Shown here one piece after another: positions 45,992-56,456 of a DNA stretch of 64,000 nt; position 1 is the first letter of the stretch, and the number at the start of each line of letters is the position of its first letter. A program made the position numbers and the translations under genes. The notes under the pieces were generated by a model that saw nothing but the letters and a program-made list of their open reading frames with translations, had not been told where the DNA came from and ran no database searches. The DNA comes from Caulobacterales bacterium (GTDB taxonomy: Bacteria; Pseudomonadota; Alphaproteobacteria; Caulobacterales; Caulobacteraceae), in contig JBIOEG010000003.1 in assembly GCA_044445825.1 (NCBI GenBank), forward strand, positions 7,267 to 71,266, given 5' to 3'.

Positions 45992-47761
45992 GTGCGGATA
46001 TCGCAGCTGGCGGGCCTCGCGGCCATGATCGCCTTGATCGCCACGGTGGCCTGTTCCGGCGCCAACGCTCAGCGACAGCCCTGCCAGCAGATCCGCAAGG
46101 CCTGCCTCGCTGCAGGCTTCCACCAGGGCGGCGCCAAGGCCGGTGAAGGCGTCATCAACGACTGCCTCGCGCCGCTGATGAGCGGTCTGCCGCAACGGCC
46201 GAACGCCAGCATCCCCCTGCCGACGGTCGATCGCCAGCTGGTCGCCGAGTGCAAGCGGGTCAATCCGAAGTTCGGCGGACCCATGGCCTCGATGACTGTC
46301 GCGCCACCCTTGTCCGCCAACCCGGAGCCTGTCCCCGTGGCCGGGCCGCCGCCGACCCGGACCGACCGGCCGAATATCGTGTTCATCCTGGCCGATGACT
46401 TCTCCTGGGACCTGCTGTCCCCCGATCTTATCGAGCAGAGCATGCCGAACGTTGCGCGGATGCGGCGGGAGGGCGCGACGTTCCTCAGCTACTTCGTGAC
46501 GGATTCGCTTTGCTGCCCGTCGCGTTCGTCCATCTTCACCGGCAAGCTCCCTCACAATACCAACGTCTTCACCAACACGCCGCCGTTGGGCGGCTACGGC
46601 GCCTTCATGGCGCACAACGACGACGCCCACACCTTCGCCCTGACCTTGCAGCAAGCTGGATACAAGACCGCCATGCTGGGCAAGTACCTGAACGGCTACG
46701 AGCCGGCCACCAACGGCGTGCCGCAGGGCTGGAGCGAGTGGGACGTCGATGGCGACCAGGGCTACGGCGAGTTCAACTACCCCCTGAACCAGAACGGAAC
46801 TGTGTTGGTCCATCCGGACTATCTCACCGACGTGGTGTCCAAACTCGGACGGCTGTTCATCGGCAAGTCGGCTGCGGAACCCTTCTTCATCGAGATCGCC
46901 ACCTTCGCACCGCACGCGCCCTATATCCCGGCGCCGCGGGACGCTGACCACTTCCCGGGGCTCACCTATCCGCGCGGGCCGTCCTGGGGCGTTCGGCCGG
47001 ACGCCGCGGCGCCGCAATGGCTGCAACAGATCCCGCCGATGCGGCCGGGCGAAATCGCCGCCATCGAGAAGGCCCACCGGATGCGGGTCCAGTCCGACCA
47101 GGCGATCGATGAGATGATCGGCGACATCCGCGCCCTGCTGGCCCGCGCCGGCCTGGACCGCAACACCTACATCGTCTTCAGCTCGGACAACGGCTACCAC
47201 ATGGGCGAGTATTCGTTGCGGCCGGGCAAGATGACGCCATTCGACACCGACATCCGCGTGCCCCTGATCATCGTCGGGCCTGGTGTGCCCGCGGGGCGAA
47301 CCGTCAGCGAAATCACCGAGAACGTGGATCTCGCACCGACATTCGCCGAAATCGCCGGCCGCGCTCGTGGCCAGACCGGGCCTCTGGACCCCGACGGCCA
47401 CAGCCTGATGCCGCTGCTCCGGGCGGATGGCGCCGCCGAGCACGAGTCGTGGCGGCATGTGGCGCTGGTGGAGCATCGCCATCCGGTCAAGGACCCGACA
47501 GATCCGGACATCCCGGAACCCAGTTCCGGCAACCCGCCGTCCTACGAGGCCGTTCGCCTGCCCGGCTCCATGTATGTGGAGTATGACGACCCTCAGCATG
47601 AGGTTGGCTACTACGATCTCAAGGCGGATCCGCTGGAGATGAGGAACATCGTGTCGAGCTTGACCCCCGCGCAGCGCAAACGGCTGCACGACATCCTCAC
47701 CGTGAATTCTACCTGCGTCGGCGTGCAGGCGTGCTGGGCCGCGCAGCAGCAGCTTCCATAG
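45992..47761 (+). CDS. Secreted sulfatase (FGly type) with an extra Cys-containing N-terminal module
   Basis: Signal peptide; PNIVFILADD; CCPSRSSIFTG (CxPxR); GKYLNG; SSDNGYH. Confidence 0.9.
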   Translation: MRISQLAGLAAMIALIATVACSGANAQRQPCQQIRKACLAAGFHQGGAKAGEGVINDCLAPLMSGLPQRPNASIPLPTVDRQLVAECKRVNPKFGGPMASMTVAPPLSANPEPVPVAGPPPTRTDRPNIVFILADDFSWDLLSPDLIEQSMPNVARMRREGATFLSYFVTDSLCCPSRSSIFTGKLPHNTNVFTNTPPLGGYGAFMAHNDDAHTFALTLQQAGYKTAMLGKYLNGYEPATNGVPQGWSEWDVDGDQGYGEFNYPLNQNGTVLVHPDYLTDVVSKLGRLFIGKSAAEPFFIEIATFAPHAPYIPAPRDADHFPGLTYPRGPSWGVRPDAAAPQWLQQIPPMRPGEIAAIEKAHRMRVQSDQAIDEMIGDIRALLARAGLDRNTYIVFSSDNGYHMGEYSLRPGKMTPFDTDIRVPLIIVGPGVPAGRTVSEITENVDLAPTFAEIAGRARGQTGPLDPDGHSLMPLLRADGAAEHESWRHVALVEHRHPVKDPTDPDIPEPSSGNPPSYEAVRLPGSMYVEYDDPQHEVGYYDLKADPLEMRNIVSSLTPAQRKRLHDILTVNSTCVGVQACWAAQQQLP

Positions 47762-47777
47762 CCGAGCGAAACTTCGC

Positions 47778-48347
47778 CTAGCCGCCGGCTTGCAACAGCG
47801 CGGCCGTCGTCACCACGGTGCAATATTCTCCGTCAAGATTGGCCAGCGACATGGCGTGCACCTCCTCCGCCGTTCGCCTGAGCCCATTCCAGTCCGTGCG
47901 GTCGAAGGTGAAGCAACCGTCGGCGACCAGCCAGGTCGCGAAGCCGAGATTGCCCGCCATGCGCACGGTCGCCTCCACCGAGTTGTTGGTGATCACGCCG
48001 GCCACGACGAGGGCGTCGTGTCCGCCGGCGCGCAGCCGCGCCTCGAGGTCTGTGCCGATGAAGGCGCTGTTCGTGCGCTTCGCGATGACCGGCTCGTCAG
48101 CGCGTGGAGCGACCTCGGGCTTGAAGTCGTTACCCGGTTGGCCGGGTCGGTAGTGAGACTGGGGTTCGGTGGAGTCGTGCCGCACGTGCCAGACCGGCCA
48201 TTTTCGGCGACGCCAGCACTCGAGCAGCCGCGTGAGGTTCGCCTCGGCTGTCGGATTGTTACGCTCACCCCAGCTCGGGTGGTCGATAGCCCGTTGCAGG
48301 TCGATCAGAAGCAGCACTGCGCCGGATTGTGGAAGGAACGCCGACAT
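47778..48347 (-). CDS. Isochorismatase-like (cysteine hydrolase fold) protein
   Basis: LLIDLQ, KRTNSAF and GVITNNSVEAT; start at ATG 48347. Confidence 0.88.
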   Translation of the reverse strand: MSAFLPQSGAVLLLIDLQRAIDHPSWGERNNPTAEANLTRLLECWRRRKWPVWHVRHDSTEPQSHYRPGQPGNDFKPEVAPRADEPVIAKRTNSAFIGTDLEARLRAGGHDALVVAGVITNNSVEATVRMAGNLGFATWLVADGCFTFDRTDWNGLRRTAEEVHAMSLANLDGEYCTVVTTAALLQAGG

Positions 48348-48501
48348 GAGCGCAACTCCCACGAGAACCGCGCTCGTGGCAAGCGCCGACGCAGACTGCT
48401 CCTCCAATCTGCACGAAGCGTGCGTCATTCCCCGCGATCACGAGTTGACGCCGTCGACGCGCCCCGCCAAGACCCGGGAATGGCCCAAGCGAGCGAAACC
48501 C

Positions 48502-48930
48502 ATGGCTGACGCGCCGTCCTACTGGCTCATCAAGTCTGAGCCCAAGAAGTACTCTTTCAGCGACCTGCAGCGCGACGGGCGCACGGTGTGGGACGGCGTG
48601 CGCAACAACCAGGCGGCCATCTATCTGCGCACGATGCGGGCGGGCGACCAGGCGTTCTACTACCACTCGCAGGAGGGCCTGGCGGTTGTCGGGATCGCCA
48701 AGGTCGTGCGCGAGGCCTTCCTCGACCCCTCCGATCCGGCCGGCCGCTTCGTGGCTGTCGAGGTCGCCCCCGTGCGCACCCTCCCCCGGCCCGTGACCCT
48801 CGCGGACATCAAGGCGACGCCGGCGCTTGCCGGCATGACCATGCTTCGGCTGTTTCGTCTCTCGGTGACGCCGATCACACCGGAGGAATGGGCGACGATC
48901 CGGACGATGGGGGGCGACGAAGCCGCGTAG
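48502..48930 (+). CDS. EVE domain protein
   Basis: YWLIKSEP, WDGVRNNQA and FYYHS. Confidence 0.92.
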   Translation: MADAPSYWLIKSEPKKYSFSDLQRDGRTVWDGVRNNQAAIYLRTMRAGDQAFYYHSQEGLAVVGIAKVVREAFLDPSDPAGRFVAVEVAPVRTLPRPVTLADIKATPALAGMTMLRLFRLSVTPITPEEWATIRTMGGDEAA

Positions 48931-48933
48931 CGT

Positions 48934-49224
48934 CTATCGGCAGTGCGTGATCACGCAGAGGTAGCCGCGCGGCGTTCGGATCGCGCACTGGACCAGCGCG
49001 TTGTGCTGGGCGAGCGCCAGCGACGTCGAGGTCCAGACGCCGTAGGCGAAGCGGCTGCGCGCGGTGCAGGTGTAGACGTGCACGCGGATGGTCCTCACCG
49101 GCTCCAGCATCGGCGCCGGATCGGCGCTGGACATGACCGCCGGCTGGAGGGGCTGCGCCGATGCGCCCACAGACGCCGCGATGGCGCCCGCAAGCGCGAG
49201 CAATGCCAGACCGAAGTTCCGCAT
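48934..49224 (-). CDS. Small secreted protein with four Cys (DUF4189-like pattern)
   Basis: Signal peptide ending ASA-Q; A...AL..C...C....C C-terminus. Confidence 0.65.
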   Translation of the reverse strand: MRNFGLALLALAGAIAASVGASAQPLQPAVMSSADPAPMLEPVRTIRVHVYTCTARSRFAYGVWTSTSLALAQHNALVQCAIRTPRGYLCVITHCR

Positions 49225-49346
49225 GACTGGATCCCCCACAGGCTGGACGCCGTGTCCTGTCAGTCAGGCTTACAGTCAATCGCCGGCGTCGGCCAGCCGC
49301 CGAGCACTTTTGGAGCCGCAGCGGCGGCGAGGTGTCGTCGGCCGCG

Positions 49347-50657
49347 CTATTCCGCCGCCGCCAGCGTCGCGCCCTGCACGTGAGGGCGGCGCGCGCGGTA
49401 GCTGGCGATGCGCTCCTCGACCTCGTGACGGAAATGGCGGAACAGTCCCTGGATCGGCCAGGCGGCCGCATCTCCGAGGCCGCAGATCGTGTGGCCCTCC
49501 ACTTGGCTGGCGACGTCGAGCAGCATGTCGATCTCCGACATCTCCGCCTCGCCGGTGACCATGCGCTCCATGATCCGCCACATCCAGCCGGTGCCTTCCC
49601 GGCACGGGGTGCACTGGCCGCAACTCTCGTGCTTGTAGAAGTAGCTGAGGCGGGCGATGGCGCGGATCAAGTCGGTGTCCTTGTCCATGACGATCATGGC
49701 CGCGGTGCCGAGGCCCGACTTGAGCGCAGCCAGGCTGTCGAAGTCCATCAGCGCCGTCTCTGCCTCCTCGGCAGGGATCAGGCGCACGGACGAGCCGCCG
49801 GGGATGACGGCCTTGAGGTTGCCCCAGCCGCCGCGAACGCCGCCGAAATGTTCTTCCACCAGCTGGCGGAGCGGGATCGACATGGCCTCTTCGACCACGC
49901 ACGGCTTGTTCACGTGGCCCGAGGCGCTCATCAGCTTGGTGCCGGTGTTGTTCGGCCGTCCGAAGCTGGCGAACCAGTCGGCGCCTCGCCGCAGGATCTC
50001 GGGGGTGACGGAAATGCTCTCGACATTGTTCACCGTGGTCGGACAGCCATAGACACCCGAGCCGGCCGGGAACGGCGGCTTCAGGCGCGGTTGGCCCTTC
50101 TTGCCCTCGAGGCTCTCCAGCAGGGCCATCTCGTCGCCGCAGATGTAGGCGCCGCCCCCGTGGGTCAGGCGGATGTAGCAGTCCCAACCCAGGATGTTGC
50201 CCTTGCCGATCAGCCTGGCCTCGGTCGCCTGGATGATCGCCGCCTCGACGCGCTCACGCTCGAGCACATATTCGCCGCGAATGTAGATGATGCAGTCATG
50301 CGCACGCATGGCGCGGCAGGCCACCAGGCAGCCCTCGATCAGCCGGTGCGGATCGTTGCGCATGATTTCCCGGTCCTTGCAGGTTCCCGGCTCCGACTCG
50401 TCGGCGTTGACCACAAGGTAGTGCGGCCGTTCGGACTCCTGCTTGGGCATGAAGGTCCACTTCAGGCCGGTGCCGAAACCCGCCCCGCCGCGGCCGCGCA
50501 ATCCGGAGTTCTTGATCTGGTCGCAGATCCACTCGGGGCTCATGGCCAGCATCTCGCGCGTGCCGTTCCACACGCCGCGCTGCTTCGCGCCCTCCAGGCC
50601 CCAGTCGTGCAGGCCGTAGAGGTTGGTGAAGATGCGGTCCTTGTCTTCCAGCAGCAT
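49347..50657 (-). CDS. nuoF: NADH-quinone oxidoreductase subunit F (operonic copy)
   Basis: [18 protein letters not shown] and [10 protein letters not shown]; follows nuoE; start at ATG 50657. Confidence 0.96.
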   Translation of the reverse strand: MLLEDKDRIFTNLYGLHDWGLEGAKQRGVWNGTREMLAMSPEWICDQIKNSGLRGRGGAGFGTGLKWTFMPKQESERPHYLVVNADESEPGTCKDREIMRNDPHRLIEGCLVACRAMRAHDCIIYIRGEYVLERERVEAAIIQATEARLIGKGNILGWDCYIRLTHGGGAYICGDEMALLESLEGKKGQPRLKPPFPAGSGVYGCPTTVNNVESISVTPEILRRGADWFASFGRPNNTGTKLMSASGHVNKPCVVEEAMSIPLRQLVEEHFGGVRGGWGNLKAVIPGGSSVRLIPAEEAETALMDFDSLAALKSGLGTAAMIVMDKDTDLIRAIARLSYFYKHESCGQCTPCREGTGWMWRIMERMVTGEAEMSEIDMLLDVASQVEGHTICGLGDAAAWPIQGLFRHFRHEVEERIASYRARRPHVQGATLAAAE

Positions 50658-50659
50658 GG

Positions 50660-50926
50660 TCAGGCCTTGGGATCGAACGGATGGGCGCGCACCCACGACA
50701 GGCGCTGCACGACGGCATAGACGAACAGGCCCCAGCCCATAGCGATAACCGCGACACCCGCCCAGAGCAGGAATGTCATCTGGGGCAGGATGAAGCGGGC
50801 GGTGATCAGCATCAGCGCGCCGGCCAGGCAGGCGACGAAGCCCGCCGCCCGCTCCCGGCGGTAAAGACCGCGCATGGTGTCGACATAGGCCGCCTGGCGC
50901 TGCAGCAGGGCCGGATCGTCGTTCAT
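50660..50926 (-). CDS. Small two-TM membrane protein between nuoE and nuoF
   Basis: Two hydrophobic helices; overlaps the upstream ORF (ATGA); 2 bp from nuoF. Confidence 0.72.
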   Translation of the reverse strand: MNDDPALLQRQAAYVDTMRGLYRRERAAGFVACLAGALMLITARFILPQMTFLLWAGVAVIAMGWGLFVYAVVQRLSWVRAHPFDPKA

Positions 50927-51129
50927 GACGACCGCCCGTCCCTCAACACGCCCAGCATCAGCCAGCCGTGCGAGGCGAAGCCGGCGACGATGGCCCCGGC
51001 GAACACCCAGATCATCCAGCGGATGTGGAAGCCGAAATCAGCGACCAAGGCGCCGAGCGCGACAGCGAGGCAGATGCCGGTGATGATCAGCGTGATCACC
51101 AGCCTTCGCCGTTGCCTGGAAACGTCCAC
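50923..51129 (-). CDS. Small two-TM membrane protein between nuoE and nuoF
   Basis: GGAGG RBS with GTG start; two hydrophobic helices. Confidence 0.72.
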   Translation of the reverse strand: MDVSRQRRRLVITLIITGICLAVALGALVADFGFHIRWMIWVFAGAIVAGFASHGWLMLGVLRDGRSS

Positions 51130-51178
51130 TATCCTCCCTCCCCTTCATGGGGAGGGGAGCGAACACGCGAAGGCCTCA

Positions 51179-51847
51179 TCAGACTGCCGTCTCCGGCTCC
51201 GGCGCGTTGGGCAGCTTGGCGATCGGCGCGGCGCGCGAGCCATCGTAGAGCGTCGGGTCGGTGAGGGTCAGCGGCCCGCCCTCGGGGGCGGAAGCCTGGC
51301 GGCCAATGACTGAGCCCGGCTGCGGATGTTTGCCGGCCCGGAAATCGTCGAGGATCTGCTTCAGCGAGGCCGTGGTCAGGTCCTCGTAGTAGTAGTCGTT
51401 GATCGCGGCCATGGGAGCGTTGGCGCAGGCGCCCATGCACTCCACCTCTTCCCAGGAGAAGCGTCCGTCGGCCGTGCAATGGTCCTTCGGGCCGATCTCG
51501 GCCCTGAGCATGTCCATCAACTCGTTCGCGCCGCGCAGCATGCACGGCGTGGTGCCGCAAACCTGGACGAACGCAGTCCTTCCAACCGGTTCCAGCTGAA
51601 ACATGGTGTAGAAGGTGACGTTTTCGAACACCCGCATGAGCGGCATCGACAACAGCTCGGCGACGACCTTCAGCGCCGGCTCGGGCACCCAGCCTTCCTG
51701 CTTCTGCACCAGCCACAGCACCGGGATCACCGCCGACTGCTGCCGGCCGGCCGGGAACTTGGCCATCCACCAGCGCGCCTGCTCGAGGTTTTCAGGCGTG
51801 AAGGCGAACGAGGCAGGCTGCTGCTTGGCGAGGCGGCGGACGCTCAA
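51179..51847 (-). CDS. nuoE: NADH-quinone oxidoreductase subunit E
   Basis: [11 protein letters not shown] and [10 protein letters not shown] 2Fe-2S motifs. Confidence 0.97.
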   Translation of the reverse strand: MSVRRLAKQQPASFAFTPENLEQARWWMAKFPAGRQQSAVIPVLWLVQKQEGWVPEPALKVVAELLSMPLMRVFENVTFYTMFQLEPVGRTAFVQVCGTTPCMLRGANELMDMLRAEIGPKDHCTADGRFSWEEVECMGACANAPMAAINDYYYEDLTTASLKQILDDFRAGKHPQPGSVIGRQASAPEGGPLTLTDPTLYDGSRAAPIAKLPNAPEPETAV

Positions 51848-53091
51848 CGATCGATCTCCCCGAAGACGACGTCCAGCGAGCCTATGATGGCGCTGACGTC
51901 GGCCAGCATGTGGCCGCGGTTCATCCAGTCCATGGCGGCCAGGTGCGGGAAACCGGGCGCGCGGATCTTGCAGCGGTAGGGCTTGTTTGTGCCGTCGGCC
52001 ACCAGGTAGACGCCGAACTCGCCTTTGGGGGCTTCGACGCAGGCGTAAACCTCACCCTGGGGCACGTGGTAGCCTTCGGTGAACAGTTTGAAGTGGTGGA
52101 TCAGGGACTCCATCGACCGCTTCATCTCGCCCCGGCGCGGGGCGGAGACCTTGTGGTCGTCGGAGAGCACCAGGCCGGGCGATTTCCTCAGCCGCTCGAC
52201 GCACTGGAGCATGATCTTCGTCGACTGCCGCATCTCCTCCACGCGGCAGAGGTAACGGTCGTAGCAGTCGCCGTTGACGCCGAGCGGAATGTCGAACTCG
52301 AGTTCGTCGTAGCATTCATAGGGCTGACTTCTGCGCAGGTCCCAGGCGACGCCCGAGCCACGCAGCATGACGCCGGTGAAGCCCCACTCGAACGCCTGCT
52401 CCTTCCTCACCACGCCGATGTCGACATTGCGCTGCTTGAAGATGCGGTTGTCGGTGATCAGGGTCTCGATCTCGTCGAGCGAGGCAGGAAAGGCCTTGGC
52501 CCAGGCCTCGATGTCTTCGATGAGCGCGGGCGGCAGGTCCTGGCGCACGCCGCCGACGCGGATGTAGTTGGCGTGCAGGCGGGCGCCGGACGCGCGCTCG
52601 TAGAACACCATCAGCTTTTCGCGCTGCTCGAAGCCCCACAGCGGCGGGGTCAGCGCGCCCACGTCCATGGCCTGGGTAGTGACGTTGAGCAGATGGTTCA
52701 GGATGCGGCCGATTTCCGAGTAGAGCACCCGGATCAGCTGGGCCCGGTATGGAACGGCCAGGCCCATCAGCTTCTCGATGGCGAGCACGAAGGCGTGCTC
52801 CTGGTTCATCGGGGAGACGTAGTCGAGGCGGTCGAAGTACGGAATGTTCTGGGCATAGGGCCGCGCCTCGATCAGCTTCTCCGTGCCCCGGTGCAGCAGG
52901 CCGATGTGCGGGTCGACTCGCTCCACCAGCTCGCCGTCCAACTCCAGCACCAGGCGCAGCACGCCGTGCGCGGCGGGGTGCTGCGGGCCGAAGTTGATGT
53001 TGAACTTGCGGACCGGAGTTTCGCCGACGTTCGCGTCAGGAACCTCAGGGGCTGCGGCGAGCGGCGTCTCCTCGGCGACTGTCGCGCTCAT
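51844..53091 (-). CDS. nuoD: NADH-quinone oxidoreductase subunit D
   Basis: [14 protein letters not shown] and [12 protein letters not shown]; start at ATG 53091. Confidence 0.97.
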   Translation of the reverse strand: MSATVAEETPLAAAPEVPDANVGETPVRKFNINFGPQHPAAHGVLRLVLELDGELVERVDPHIGLLHRGTEKLIEARPYAQNIPYFDRLDYVSPMNQEHAFVLAIEKLMGLAVPYRAQLIRVLYSEIGRILNHLLNVTTQAMDVGALTPPLWGFEQREKLMVFYERASGARLHANYIRVGGVRQDLPPALIEDIEAWAKAFPASLDEIETLITDNRIFKQRNVDIGVVRKEQAFEWGFTGVMLRGSGVAWDLRRSQPYECYDELEFDIPLGVNGDCYDRYLCRVEEMRQSTKIMLQCVERLRKSPGLVLSDDHKVSAPRRGEMKRSMESLIHHFKLFTEGYHVPQGEVYACVEAPKGEFGVYLVADGTNKPYRCKIRAPGFPHLAAMDWMNRGHMLADVSAIIGSLDVVFGEIDR

Positions 53092-53738
53092 GCGCCTTTC
53101 TCCGCCTTCTCGTCCCCCGGCAGCGCCTCGGGGTAGCCCTGGCCGGGGCGAGCGTATTCCGCGCCCTCCCAGGGTGACAGGAAGTCCCAGTTGCGCCACT
53201 CGGTGGCCTTCACCGGCTCGTAGACGACCCGCTTGATCTCGTCGTCGTAGCGAACCTCCACGTAGCCGGTCATCGGGAAGTCCTTGCGCAGCGGATGGCC
53301 ATGGAAGCCGTAGTCCGTGAGCAGGCGGCGCAGGTCCGGATGGCCGGAGAAGAACACGCCGTACATGTCGAAGGCTTCGCGCTCGAACCAGTTGGCCACC
53401 GGGAAGACCGGGGTGACGGAGGGCACGGCGGTGTCCTCGTCGGTCTCGACCTTGACCCGGATGCGCCGGTTCTTCGGCATAGAGAGCAGGTGGTAGACCA
53501 CGTCGAAACGCAGGGGTCGGTACGGGTAGTCGGCGCCGGCGATGTCGATCAGCTGGGTGAAGCGCAGATCCGCATCGTCGCGCAGCACGCGAAGCAGATC
53601 CACGATGCGGTCGGCCGGGGCGGTGACCGTGAGCTCGCCATAGGCCACCTTGCAGCCGGTGACCGCGCCGCCGGCGCGGGCGACCACCGTCTCGCCAAGG
53701 GTCGTCAGGTCCTCGCTGGACACGCTCCAGGTGCTCAT
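53088..53738 (-). CDS. nuoC: NADH-quinone oxidoreductase subunit C
   Basis: EREAFDMYG and [14 protein letters not shown]; start at ATG 53738. Confidence 0.97.
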   Translation of the reverse strand: MSTWSVSSEDLTTLGETVVARAGGAVTGCKVAYGELTVTAPADRIVDLLRVLRDDADLRFTQLIDIAGADYPYRPLRFDVVYHLLSMPKNRRIRVKVETDEDTAVPSVTPVFPVANWFEREAFDMYGVFFSGHPDLRRLLTDYGFHGHPLRKDFPMTGYVEVRYDDEIKRVVYEPVKATEWRNWDFLSPWEGAEYARPGQGYPEALPGDEKAEKGA

Positions 53739-54295
53739 CGATCGATGGTTCCCGTGCGGCGGATCTTCTTCTGCAGCTGCAGAACGCCGTAGACCAGGGC
53801 CTCGGCGGTGGGCGGGCAGCCGGGCACATAGATATCCACAGGCACGATGCGGTCGCAGCCGCGCACCACGGAGTAGCTGAAATAGTAGTAGCCGCCGCCG
53901 TTGGCGCAGGAACCCATTGAGATCACATAACGCGGCTCGGGCATCTGGTCGTAGACCTTGCGCAGGGCCGGGGCCATCTTGTTGGTCAGCGTGCCGGCGA
54001 CGATCATTACGTCTGACTGACGCGGGCTGCCGCGCGGAGCGAAGCCGTAGCGCTCCAGGTCGTAGCGCGGCATGGAGGCCTGCATCATCTCCACCGCGCA
54101 GCACGCCAGGCCGAAGGTCATCCACATCAGCGAGCCGGTGCGCGCCCAGGTGATCAGGTCGTCCGCCGCGGCCGTGATGAAACCCTTGTCGGCGAGCTGG
54201 TTGGAGACGCCGTCGAAATAGGGATCGTGGACCTTGGGGTCGTAACCCTCGACGCTGGCGCGGCCGGCCGCGCCGGCCGGTACGATCACTCCCAT
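53735..54295 (-). CDS. nuoB: NADH-quinone oxidoreductase subunit B
   Basis: [18 protein letters not shown] and VPGCPP; start at ATG 54295. Confidence 0.97.
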   Translation of the reverse strand: MGVIVPAGAAGRASVEGYDPKVHDPYFDGVSNQLADKGFITAAADDLITWARTGSLMWMTFGLACCAVEMMQASMPRYDLERYGFAPRGSPRQSDVMIVAGTLTNKMAPALRKVYDQMPEPRYVISMGSCANGGGYYYFSYSVVRGCDRIVPVDIYVPGCPPTAEALVYGVLQLQKKIRRTGTIDR

Positions 54296-54663
54296 TCGAG
54301 CGCGCCCTTCTTCCATTCGTAGACGAACCCCACCGTGAGCACGCCCAGGAACGCCATCATCGACCAGAAGGCATAGGCCGCCGCCGCATGCGGCAGCTTC
54401 ATCAAGCTCACCGCCCAGGGGAACAGGAACGCCACCTCCAGGTCAAAAATGATGAACAGGATGGAGACCAGGTAGAAGCGCACGTCGAACTTCATGCGCG
54501 CGTCCTCGAAGGCGTTGAAGCCGCACTCGTAGGAACTGAGCTTCTCGGCGTCGGGCGCACTCGGGGCGATAATCATCGCCGCGACGATGAAGATCACGGC
54601 GAGGGCGCCGGAGATGCCGAGGAAGATGACGATCGGCAGGTACTGCAGGAGAAAGGCGTTCAT
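54286..54663 (-). CDS. nuoA: NADH-quinone oxidoreductase subunit A
   Basis: YECGF and [12 protein letters not shown]. Confidence 0.97.
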   Translation of the reverse strand: MNAFLLQYLPIVIFLGISGALAVIFIVAAMIIAPSAPDAEKLSSYECGFNAFEDARMKFDVRFYLVSILFIIFDLEVAFLFPWAVSLMKLPHAAAAYAFWSMMAFLGVLTVGFVYEWKKGALEWE

Positions 54664-54862
54664 CGACGGTCCCGGGGAGGAGTCGGCGTCCTTCTAGCCC
54701 ATGCGGACTGGGGGTTCAAACGCCCAGAGGCCGCAACGGGAACGGGCCGATCCCCTGCCCGCCCGTGCGTCCTGCCGCCTCGCGCTTCCCGGTTGACGGA
54801 AGGCCGCCCGGACCCTATCAGACGCCCCTCACTTTTCCGGCCCCACGGGGACTCGGACGAGC

Positions 54863-54939
54863 GCGGGTGTAGCTCAGTCGGTTAGAGCGCCGGCCTGTCA
54901 CGCCGGAGGTCGCGGGTTCGAGTCCCGTCACTCGCGCCA
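54863..54939 (+). tRNA. tRNA-Asp (GTC)
   Basis: 77-nt cloverleaf; acceptor GCGGGTG/CACTCGC; anticodon loop CTGTCAC; GGTTCGA T-loop; encoded CCA. Confidence 0.97.
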
Positions 54940-54979
54940 TTCTACGCCGACGGGGCGAGCCGTCGCAGGCGGGGCCGCC

Positions 54980-56212
54980 CTAGCTCGCGAGCGCGAAGTC
55001 TTTCGGCGGTTCAGTGAAGCGCGCATCGCCGCTGACCTCGGTGTAGATCGCCGCCAGACGGGTGAAGACGCTGTCCCAACCATGGTGCTCCACGGCACGG
55101 CGGCGGGCCGCCTGGCGCAGGGCGGGGATGTCGCGTTCGAAGAGCGCGCTGACCGCGTCGGCGAAGTCGCCGGGCGTGGAGCTGCGCGCCAACTGGCCGA
55201 CTTCCCGGTCCACGCTTTCCGCCACACCGCCTGCGTCGACCCCCACCACCGGCAGGCCACAGGCGATGGCCTCCAGCACGATCAGGCCGAACGGCTCGCC
55301 GTCATTGGCGTGCACGAAGGCGTCGCAACTGGCCAGCAGCGCCGCGAGATGGCCCGGCTCGCGTTCGTAGGGCAGTTCGATCACCCGGTTGGACAACGGC
55401 GCGGCGGCGCCTGCGCCGACCAGCAGAAGCACATAGGGATCGCCGAGCTTCTCCACCGCCTCCACCAATACGTCCACGCGCTTCTCACGCGCCGGACGCC
55501 CGGCGAACACCAGCAGCCGGTGATGCGGCCTGAGACCCAGGCGGCGTCGCAATCCCACGGGATCGGCGCCCGAGGGATTGAAGGTATCCACATCCACGCC
55601 CAGCGGCAGGGCGATGGGGTCCTCGACCCCGGCGTCGGCCAGGCGTTCGGCTATGTAGCGGCTGGGCGCCAGTGCGCGGTCGAAGCGGCGGTAGATCTCC
55701 CCCCAGTGCTTGCGCACCGGCTTTTCGGCCCACTCTCCGATGTGCAGCGCCGCAAGCGCGCCCAGATCGGTGTGACAGAAGCCCACCACCGGCACCCCCA
55801 TGGCCTCGCCCGCCTTCAGCGCCGCCAGGCCCGGCGTATAGGGGTCGCCGGCTTCGATCAGGGTCGGACGCTGGCGGATCAGGCGCTTCATCCAGGCGGT
55901 CTTGCCGACGGGCCATCGATAGCCGTCGCCGAACGGCAGCGGCGCGGCGTAGATCGAAAGTCGTCCGTTCCCGTCGTAGGCATGGCGCGGACCCGGCACG
56001 ACCAGCGTGTGTCGAACGTGCGGGCGCGCCTCGGCGAACCAGGCGCGCTTGGCGGTGAGGTAGCGTTTCACCCCGCCGCTGCGGGGGGCGTAAAGCATGG
56101 TTGTGTCGACCAGTTTCGCTCCGCGGTTCAGGGAGGGTCGCACCAGGAACTCGGTTCTGGCTGCGGCCCACTCGACAACGGTTTTCGACAGCACTGGCGA
56201 ACCTCCACTCAA
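54980..56212 (-). CDS. GT-B glycosyltransferase (GT4-like)
   Basis: SGGVKRYL, FAGR..REKR and EPFGLIVLEAIACGLPVV; the true start is probably downstream of 56212. Confidence 0.88.
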   Translation of the reverse strand: MSGGSPVLSKTVVEWAAARTEFLVRPSLNRGAKLVDTTMLYAPRSGGVKRYLTAKRAWFAEARPHVRHTLVVPGPRHAYDGNGRLSIYAAPLPFGDGYRWPVGKTAWMKRLIRQRPTLIEAGDPYTPGLAALKAGEAMGVPVVGFCHTDLGALAALHIGEWAEKPVRKHWGEIYRRFDRALAPSRYIAERLADAGVEDPIALPLGVDVDTFNPSGADPVGLRRRLGLRPHHRLLVFAGRPAREKRVDVLVEAVEKLGDPYVLLLVGAGAAAPLSNRVIELPYEREPGHLAALLASCDAFVHANDGEPFGLIVLEAIACGLPVVGVDAGGVAESVDREVGQLARSSTPGDFADAVSALFERDIPALRQAARRRAVEHHGWDSVFTRLAAIYTEVSGDARFTEPPKDFALAS

Positions 56213-56456
56213 GCCAAGGTCACTCTCTATTTCACATTGTGACGCTCACGCGAATACGCGTTCAACCCTTCTTGACCCTGGAGGGCCTCGCACAGGCGCT
56301 TTCACGGCGCGCGGACCGGGCATCCGCCCTTAGGGGGCAGGCAGCCAGTCCTCCGACCTGCGTCATGGGCAGGCAAAGTTCCGCGCTCGTCACCAGCGTG
56401 TCGCCGGTTACAGTGGGCGTCGGCGCGGCGGGCGTCGGCGGATTCGGGCAGCGATC

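Larger units (their letters stand above)
13375..49346. other. About 36-kb accessory interval separating nuoF from nuoG
   Basis: nuoA-F and nuoG-N are collinear on the minus strand but separated by dozens of unrelated genes on both strands; no integrase or transposase seen inside. Confidence 0.85.
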
